Source: Candidatus Melainabacteria bacterium 17Bon1m (lineage in GTDB: Bacteria; Cyanobacteriota; Vampirovibrionia; Obscuribacterales; Obscuribacteraceae). Taken from it: DNA of 64,000 nt. Of this stretch, positions 47,216 to 56,100 are shown in pieces (position 1 is the stretch's first letter; every line of letters begins with the position of its first letter). The notes beneath the pieces are model-generated. The model had not been told where the DNA came from. It saw only the letters and a program-made list of their open reading frames with translations, and did no database searches. The translations under genes were made by a program, and so were the position numbers. Location of the stretch: positions 64,001-128,000 of the forward strand of contig JAVLKG010000009.1 in assembly GCA_032128875.1 (NCBI GenBank). The letters run 5' to 3'.

Positions 47216-48711
47216 TAATTCCAGGCTTAATGGCGCTCTGCTTTTGCGTCTTCTGGCCTGTCACAGCATGGTATGTCGAGAGACTTTTGGATAAGTCGGA
47301 TGAGCCATTGGGCGTGGTTAGTTTGATTGCCTTTATCGCAATCTTGCTTACTCGTCACGGTTCGAGAAAAGCGCACGCTGAGCTACATATACCTGTTGTA
47401 GCGATAGCCTGTTTTCTTCTTTATGCCATTACTTGGCCGATTGCCCCAAACCTTCTGAGCGCTCTCATTGCGGTGGTCGCGGTCGGTTGTTTGATTAACG
47501 CGCAAGGAGGTAAATTCAGGCTTGGTCTCGGCAGTTGGCTGTTGCTTTTATTTTCTCTGCCGATTGTTTCTTCCCTCAACTTTTACAGCGGCTATCCTCT
47601 GCGTTTGGTTGTTGGAAAAATTGCTGCGCCACTTATTTCGATGGTTGGCTTTCCAACCATCGCTGATGGGACCGCCCTCATTTGGAACAGTCAAATGATC
47701 CAGATAGACGCACCATGCAGCGGAATAAAGATGCTCTGGTTTGCGCTCTTCATCGGAGCGGTGCTTACTTCCATTATGGAGTTGAGTCTCTTGCAGAGTG
47801 TAATGGTTCTCTCGTCCGCCGTCCTTGCTGCGCTCTTGGGAAATGTTTTGCGAATCACATCACTGTTCTTTATCGAGGCAAAGATTTTGCCTATTGATCC
47901 ATTGCAAGAGCAGTTTGTCCACCAGGCTGTTGGTGCCGTAGCTTTTGCAATTGCGGCTGGAGGAACAGTTCTGATTGCGAAAGTGATTTCGAAGAGAAGC
48001 GCGCGCGAGTCGGTTTCGGAACAAACCGATGGGAAGCCCGCCAACGGAACAGTTCCGGATTTTGCGAAGACTGTTGTCGAACTTGAGGAGAATGCACATG
48101 CGTCGATGAGAGAGAAACCGCTGTTAAATGCGCGCTCGGTGGCGTTCCTGATCTCTGCACTAATCGCATCCTTTACTCCATTGGCGTTTTCGCGAACACT
48201 AGATAACTCTGTTGCGACTCGCGACTTTCCTGGCTGGCCTCATCGATATAAAGGCTCCAACATCGAGCCGGTCGTGCCTAGCAAAGCTGATATCGCTTTC
48301 TACCAGGAGTTTCCAGGAAAAATTCAATGTTTCTCTCTTGGAGCAAAACGAGTAATCATGCGCTGGGTCGCGAAGCCGACTCGCCAACTGCATCCATCGT
48401 CTGATTGCTTTCGCGGCGTTGGTTATGACATTACCTGGCAGCCACTCATTACTGAGAAGGACGGCAGCAGGTGGTCATCTTTTATCGCTAGAAAAGGTGA
48501 GCATTCATTTGTGGTTAAGGAGCGAATCTATGACGGGCGCGGTGAAAACTGGACCGACATCTCCTCCTGGTACTGGGCTGCGCTACTAGGAAAAACACAC
48601 GGACCATGGTGGTCAGCTGTTGAAATTAGTCCTATATCCGGTGCTGTAGCTATTCCTGCAACCGCTCCCGGGACCTTCGGCGCGGGCGCTGGAGAACCTT
48701 CCTCAGAGTAG
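47212..48711 (+). CDS. Exosortase/archaeosortase family protein with EpsI-like C-terminal domain
   Basis: Multi-TM; APCSG (Cys), NVLRI (Arg) and VHQAVG (His) catalytic triad; LHPSSDCFRGVG in the soluble domain; ATGA overlap with the upstream gene. Confidence 0.88.
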   Translation: MIIPGLMALCFCVFWPVTAWYVERLLDKSDEPLGVVSLIAFIAILLTRHGSRKAHAELHIPVVAIACFLLYAITWPIAPNLLSALIAVVAVGCLINAQGGKFRLGLGSWLLLLFSLPIVSSLNFYSGYPLRLVVGKIAAPLISMVGFPTIADGTALIWNSQMIQIDAPCSGIKMLWFALFIGAVLTSIMELSLLQSVMVLSSAVLAALLGNVLRITSLFFIEAKILPIDPLQEQFVHQAVGAVAFAIAAGGTVLIAKVISKRSARESVSEQTDGKPANGTVPDFAKTVVELEENAHASMREKPLLNARSVAFLISALIASFTPLAFSRTLDNSVATRDFPGWPHRYKGSNIEPVVPSKADIAFYQEFPGKIQCFSLGAKRVIMRWVAKPTRQLHPSSDCFRGVGYDITWQPLITEKDGSRWSSFIARKGEHSFVVKERIYDGRGENWTDISSWYWAALLGKTHGPWWSAVEISPISGAVAIPATAPGTFGAGAGEPSSE

Positions 48712-49051
48712 AACGATTTTGCTTATATAAAAGGTTGGAGTTTTTTGTGAGGACGAACATGCCAAATTTGCCCAGCAAGTATAAAAACCCCTAGGTAAAC
48801 CCTATATCTCTTCCCGAAATAAAACTTCATAATTCCATAACCTGCCGTATTTCAACGGATTACGGAATGCTAGGCGGCGAAATCGAGGGTGCTTCCACTA
48901 GTGAAAACCCGTGTTGTCGCTCCCTACCGGTTTTGGCAAAATGACAGAGTAAGGCAACGAAAGATTTTTCCAACTGAATAGCGCTGTTGCGCTCCCAGCG
49001 CACCTTTAAGGTGTGGCATCGCTGTGCAAAATTAATAGGAGATCCAGAAAA

Positions 49052-49720
49052 ATGAACGGCAACGTAAAACCTCTTTTCACCAAGTCCACCGGTAAGAGCC
49101 ACTTGAGTCTCGTCGGACCAGAGAAGAAGTTTTCTGAGATGACAGATGAAGAACTCATCCTCGCCTGTCAGGCAGACAGAAAAGGTGCAATTGATGTGCT
49201 CCTGAAGCGCCACCAATCCACCCTTACTGCTATGGTTCGCAAGCGTTTTCCTGAACTGCATGATCTCTCTGACGTTGTTCAAGAAGCTCAAATCAGAATG
49301 TGGAAATCAATTGGACAACTCCGCAGCGCCGGCGCCTTCAAAGGCTGGCTTAGCCAGATTGTCACCAACCTTTGCTATGACGAACTGAGAAGAAAAGTTC
49401 GCAACCAAGATTTGGTATCGCTCGACGAAACCTACGAGTCGGAAGATGGCAACAAAATGGAACGCTTCGTTGCTGACACGAAGCACCAACCAGACACCGA
49501 TCTGCAACGCAAAGAACTTGTTGCAGCTCTCGAAAGCGCACTGGAAAAGATTCCGCAAGAGTTCAGACAATCAGTCCTGCTGCGCGAAGTTGATGGTTTG
49601 TCCTACGAAGAAATTGCAGCCATCACCAACGTTGAATTGGGCACGGTCAAGTCACGCATCTCGCGTGCTCGCACCAAAATCCAAAAACAAATGAGCGGCT
49701 ACTTGAAAGAAGTTGCCTAA
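49052..49720 (+). CDS. ECF RNA polymerase sigma-70 factor (cyanobacterial SigG-like)
   Basis: FKGWLSQIVTNLCYDELRR and GLSYEEIA...GTVKSRISRAR; AGGAGA precedes the ATG at 49052. Confidence 0.93.
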   Translation: MNGNVKPLFTKSTGKSHLSLVGPEKKFSEMTDEELILACQADRKGAIDVLLKRHQSTLTAMVRKRFPELHDLSDVVQEAQIRMWKSIGQLRSAGAFKGWLSQIVTNLCYDELRRKVRNQDLVSLDETYESEDGNKMERFVADTKHQPDTDLQRKELVAALESALEKIPQEFRQSVLLREVDGLSYEEIAAITNVELGTVKSRISRARTKIQKQMSGYLKEVA

Positions 49721-49767
49721 GATAGAACATAGGTTTTTTCCAGAGCAGAGATGCTGTGGAGAAAAAG

Positions 49768-49799
49768 AGAGAGCAAATGCGAAAGCGTTTGCTCTCTTT
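49768..49799 (+). terminator. Probable intrinsic terminator
   Basis: 13-bp stem AGAGAGCAAATGC/GCGTTTGCTCTCT with a GAAA loop just after the sigma stop. Confidence 0.65.
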
Positions 49800-50167
49800 G
49801 TCATGCATCGAACCATCGCTTCGCCGTGCCGAAACTTACCACCTCGCCCGCATAGGGACCTGAGCTGTTGTTTGAAGATCTTGCAACGAATTTAGAAGTC
49901 GCAAATGAGTGATTCCGCAGGTCGGAAATTAGTAACTGCGTGACTCTTTGAGCGCTCACTGAGCCGATTTGCCCACCACAAACCGTTGTCAAGTGATTGT
50001 TCTCTAATTGGAGATATATAGACCTTTTGGTACTCTTTTAGTCTGGGATTTGGGCTGTGACTGGATTCTGACTCGCCATCAGGACCTTCTTCAGACTTTC
50101 ATCCGCTGTGCAAGCCGTGGCTTGTATTGCTAACTTTGGGCAACTCGGAATCAGGAGATGTGCATAT

Positions 50168-53100
50168 ATGCAAACCAACAACGACTCGAAGCTTTGGAAC
50201 CGCCGTTCAATCTTCGGGAGAGTTTACGTTTCGCTTACGGTGCCGATGTTGCTTGCGTCAAATTTGACAACAGCAGCTCTGGCGAATGACGGAAAGGGTG
50301 CAGCCTGGCAACAATTTCGACTTGATAATCCAGATCTGCGTGGAAAGGAACTCAACAGTGCGTTCAAAGATCACTGGCAGGACGTTCGCGATGTGCACGG
50401 TAACGACGGAGCGAACGCTGCATCTCAAAATGCAGTCAATCAAGCAATTAACAACGCTGCTTCCAACGTAGCTGCCGGTGCCGCATCGCATTTGAACGTA
50501 CATGACTTTGCCACTAAAGCCGAGTTCAAAGCCTACAAAGAGTCGCTCAAACAGCAAAACATTGCACACCAGATAAATCAATCAATTCAGCAGATTGATG
50601 GTCAGCAAGTTCTGAAGGTCAACGGTGGCTTCAACCTCGATCTAACTTCCGCGGTTGAAACCATTACGCTAGGCAACAATCTTTTTAAAGAACAGTCGTC
50701 GGTCAACATCAATGTTGGCGGCGAAAGTAAGACTGTTCAAGCTGGATCAAAAGTGACTGCTGCCGAGTACGTCGCAGCAAAACAAGCTCTGGTTGCGGGT
50801 GGGCAAACAGTCACACTAGATGGAGATGGACGAGCAACCGGTGGTTCTGTAGATCTTTCAGCTCTGACTAGCGGCAACGGCAAAATGAAAGTCGATGATC
50901 TAGTCGTTCCTGTTTCCGTTGTCGCCTCCGGTGATTTCGGCAGAGGCGGAGACGTTCGCATCAAAGGCGATCTGATCAACTCAGGCTCCATAAACGCGTT
51001 TTCTTCGAGCGGCAATGTGAATGCAATAATCCGAGCCGACAACATAACCAACAATATCGGCGCAGATATTACCTCAACAGCCAGCGATTTGACTTTGCAA
51101 GCTGACAAAGCGCTCAAGAATTTTGGCACTATCAATGCAACCGGCAACTTGACTCTTTCGGCAGAAAAATCGCTGACCAATTCTGGCACAGTTTCCGCTG
51201 CAGGAAATCTCAACATTCAAGCTGCGAATGTCACAAATACAGGCACTCTTGCATCGACAGATGCCAATGTGAATTTTGGGACAACGGGTGCAGACAACCT
51301 TCTAGTGAACAATTATGGTGGCACCATTGCAGCTCTAAATGGTGCGATCAATCTGCGTGATGCTGCTTATGAAGGCCTTAAAGATACCACCGTTGTTGGT
51401 GGAGACTTGCTATCTCAAGAGGTGAATGTTTACACCGGAGGCGGCACGGCAAATGTTTATGTCAACGAGCTTACAGGTGTAGTTAACTCGAGTGGCAGCG
51501 CTGCTCACGTTAGTGCTAATACCGACACACTAACCATCGGAGAGCAGTGTCTGACAGGTGATCCAACTTACTTCAACACTGGCAATATAAGTATCGCCGG
51601 CAACATTATAGTTGGCGAGGATCTGGCGATTATCGCCGGACGCAACATAATCCAGACTGCAGCAAACCTGACGATTCGTGCTGTTGATTCTAACGGAGAT
51701 GGTCGGGACATCATAATAGTGGCGGGAGCCAATGTCACCGGTACTGGTTCGCAATATCCCGGAGCTGCAACCACAGCTAGCTTTTCCGGCGGGTCCGCGC
51801 AGGGTGGACAGGTCCTACTTTCTCAAGGGGGCTTGGTCGATGCGTCAGGCAATGTACCCGGCTCTAAGGCCGGAAACATCACGATTGCTGCCTACAGTGA
51901 CGGTATTTCCAATGATCCCGGCAAGATCATTATGTCAAATTGGGATATTAAGGCTAATGGAAATGGTACTGCTGCTGGTGACACGAATGGCAACATCAGT
52001 CTCATCTCCGGCTCCATTGATCTTGCAACAATCTCAGTTCGAAACCTACAGAATACCGGCGGAACGGGGTCTGGCACTATTTCTCTAGTGTCGGCTGCAC
52101 CCACGTTTGATGTTGGATCTGCGATGACTTTTGGTGCCAACGGAAACGTTACGTCAGGCAATAAGCTTGTTGCTGGTACTGTCGGAAATGGAGTAGGAGT
52201 AATTCAAGTCAGCGACATAGATTCATCTGGCGATGTTTTCGTATTGTCTAATGGAGCTGTTCAAGCGGGAAGTATCAAAGCGACCAATTCTAGCACCGTG
52301 ACTTTGAGAGCGAATACTTTAAATAATACTGTTTCTGTCGGTCTCATCGACGTCTCATCAAACCAAGCAGGCGTTGATGCGGGCTCTGTCGTTATTAATG
52401 CCGCTCGTGTCAATGTCAACATCATTAACCTTAGTGGTGCAGGAGGCAGAAGTGCAGGCACTTTGGTTGCTGAGTTAAACAGTGCAAATACTGTCACTTT
52501 GAATGGCAGCATGGGCGTCAATTACATCGGGCAAATCTTATCAAATCCGGGAAGTGGAGATGGTGCAATTGTCGACGTCACGAACAATGGCACCGGCGGC
52601 ATTCGTGTAGCCAATGTAATCGTGTTAGCTGCTGGTGTTTCAAGGACCACAGGCTCTCTTAAATTGACCGCTCCGAATGGAAATTTGGATTTGTCCGCTT
52701 ATACCAATGGTATTAACGTCAGCGGATCTGCACTCAACGGAGGTAATGCTGGCGACGTTTCATTAATCTATGATTCTTTGACTGTGAACCCGGCGGTCGC
52801 TTTTGCTGTGAGCGCCAACGCGGGATTTAATGGCACCGCGGGGACCATCAATATTGAGAGAACTGGCACGGGTACTGTTTCAATAGGGACAACCGCTGGT
52901 AATTTCAATTTGTCAGCGACGGGATCGGGCGGCACTATCAATGCAAGTGCCGGTGGATTGCTTACTGCTACGGGCTCGGCACTGTCCGCCGATAACATAA
53001 ATCTTGAGTCTGGAACTGGTGGCGTATTTGGTATGAATCTTGCGGGAGCATTCACAGGCAAGAACATGTCTCTGCGCAGCCCGAACTCAATATTCAACAC

Positions 53101-56100
53101 CGCAGGCACAACTCTAAACTTCACTGGGAATCTCTCGCTCATCACTCCTTCGGTGACGTTTAATGGTGCCACCTACACTGCTCAAAATCTTTCGATAGAC
53201 AGTCTGTCTGCAACTGGCAGTGATTTAGCTCTTTCAGGTGGAGCTGCCGCAACGCTAAACGCCAATTTGATCAATATCGGCGCGGTGGATACGCTCTCCT
53301 TCTCAGGCAACTTCCTTTATAACGGACAAACCATTTTGAGTGGTCAGTCTATCTCTGCTACCGGTTCAACTCAGACCATGCAAAACGGCAACACTGGTTA
53401 CATAGTGACGCCTAATCTTAATGGTGGCACTTTCAATGGAACTTGGGTCTCTACTGCAACACCACTCTCCGGCATTTCGGTAGTAAATAATCCAGGCTCA
53501 GTAGTAATGAGCGGAGACATAGTTATTGCAGGTAACTTCGCAATCGTCGCCTCTGGTAATGTCGACCTGACGGGTGCGAGTATCAATTTGAGCGGGCCTA
53601 CTGCTGGTAGCCTCTCGATATTCGCAGGCTACAACAGCAACATTGTGACCAATGGAACTCAAACTCCCACCGACCAAACGATCAATAACCTCACTGCAAG
53701 TACCGATGGTGGTTCTGTAATTGGTGGAGCAAACATCAATGTGAGCGGCACCGGTAGTGGTGGTCATGCCGGTAGTGTGACCGTAGTTGCTAGAAAGGGT
53801 TCGATAGATCTCGGTGACATCCTGGCGACTGGAGACTTAAATGACGGCTTTGTCAAATTGATAGGAGAGACAGGCGTCACCGTCGGTGACATAAATACCA
53901 CCGCTTCTGGAGGTCTCGGCGGCGGCGTCTCGATATCGGTAGGGCAGGCAGGTCTTGCCGGCGTTAGCATAACGAATGGTGCGTTGAGCGGCACTGTTTT
54001 TACAGCCATCGTTACTTCAGGGAATATCAAAACCGGCGCGATAACCGCGGGTATACGAAATTTGGTTCTAAATGGAGCGTTTGGTGCCAATGACAAAATC
54101 GAAGTCGAATCGCTGAACGCGCAATTTTTGGACGTTAATACCGTTGCCGGCAGCACCACTTTTGGTGTGTCAAACGTACAAAATGTTTCGGGCTCTGGTG
54201 GAGGAAGCTTCAAGCTCGTAAACACTGGTGACGTTGCATTTTCTGTGGCAAACAACTCCTGGGATGTTGATGTTACCAGCACAAACGGTGCTCTCAGTTT
54301 CAACAGCGTTTCATTCAATAGCTTGAAAGCGACGTCGTTTGGAGATATGTACTTCTACAATCCAAGCAGTACTCCAAGTGTGTCTACAAATGCTGACTTA
54401 ACTACTACGGGCTCAGGCAGTATATTTGGCGTGTTCAATGTTGGCGTCGGCGGAACGTTGAAGATGGTATCTGCAAATGACATTGGGGATTCCAATAATG
54501 AATTCACTACCGGTGCAGGGTCAATTGATGCTTACGCAGCAAACAATGCTTTTCTCAATGTGACAAATAGTGCAGTTAACTTTACTGGTGGTGGTGCAGG
54601 ATACTTATTCAGAATAGGTACAACTGCGACAGATGCCGTTTTGACCACGAGCTCCAGCGGAATCAACGCGCCAACAGTAGTTTTTCTGCCATCTGCTGCT
54701 GCGTCAATTGGAACCTCATCCAATTTCTTTAAGGTCAACAATAATGGTGCTGGTGTTAATGTTCAGCTAAGTGCACAAAATGGCAGTGCTGATGAAACTG
54801 ACGTGTTTGTTGAGTATTTGGGAAATTCGATTTTGAGCTATACAACTTCTGACGGAGGCAATACCAGTCTGCGCACGCCAGATGCGAACGCTCAGGTTTT
54901 ATTGAATGGCACAGTAACTGGTGTTGCTGGGAATCTAGACATTACGACAAATTATCTGACTATTGATACCAGAGTCCAAGCCGATGGAAATATTTCAATC
55001 CAAAGCAATGCAGGTTCAGGGCTCATCGTTGAGAGTTTGGCGCCAACCACGTCATTCAATTCGGACGGTACAATTGAAATCCGTGCCAATACAGGGACAT
55101 TGACTCTCACTGGTTCTCAAATTCGTTATTACTCTTCGGTTGATCTTTTTGGCGAGACAGTCCTAGTAGATTCAGTTCAGGTTGCACAGGCACCATCTCG
55201 CATATTTACGGGCAACCTGATCATAGGTGGAGGCGGCGCTCTCGTTACCTACAACGATCCACCACAACCCGGCGATACGTGGACTCTCATCAATGGTGGC
55301 ACATATGCAAATGGTACCGGCGATATCACTCTGACCGGACCGCTAAACTTTGGCGACCTTGCGATCATTGCTGCAGGCAACATCACAATAAATGGTGACA
55401 TTGATCTTTCAGGAAGTCAGGGCGGCGATTTGACCATGTTCGCTGGATACAATTTCACGCCAAGCCCTAGCACAACCACATTTGATCCACTCGGCACATA
55501 CACAGACTTTACGCCAAACGCCAATGGTGGCTCAATCACTGTAACCGGCAACATCAACACAACTGCCACCAATGGTAATGGTGGTAATGTGATTGCAGTC
55601 GCAAACAACGGCGCTATATCACTTCAAAATATTGACACCACCGCCACCGGTGGCACCGCAGGAAAAGTTCTCTTAATTGGTGGTACCGGTGTAACCCTTA
55701 ACAACGTAAACGCTGATGGTGCTTCTTCGACTACTATAGCCGTAGCGGACGCGCAGTTGTTTCCGCAAGGATCCACACCGTTCCAAATCCAAGGCGGGGT
55801 TGTTGTTGGTGACGTCGGAGTGGGAGCACTGCGCAATGGCACGATTAGCGTAAATGACGTGAACGTTGGTACGACTCAATATTCAAGCTTGAAATTTCAA
55901 ACAGCCGAGACTGGAACAGTAAATATTGGTGGTTCCATTACATCTAACCAAATTGAAATCCAAAGCGGCAATCTGACTGTTGCCGGTTCGCAACTGAGCA
56001 CAGCAGGAAGCGCTGGCTCCTTGCGTATAAATGTAAGTACGGCATCTCCGCTAGCGATGTCAGCTTTAGGGCTCGGTAATGACAACGGCGGGCAAATCGA

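Noticed and set aside
50195-50220. Twin-arginine-like NRRSIF in the exoprotein leader
   Set aside because: The match to the Tat consensus is imperfect and a ~2840-aa folded substrate is implausible; Sec export is more likely.
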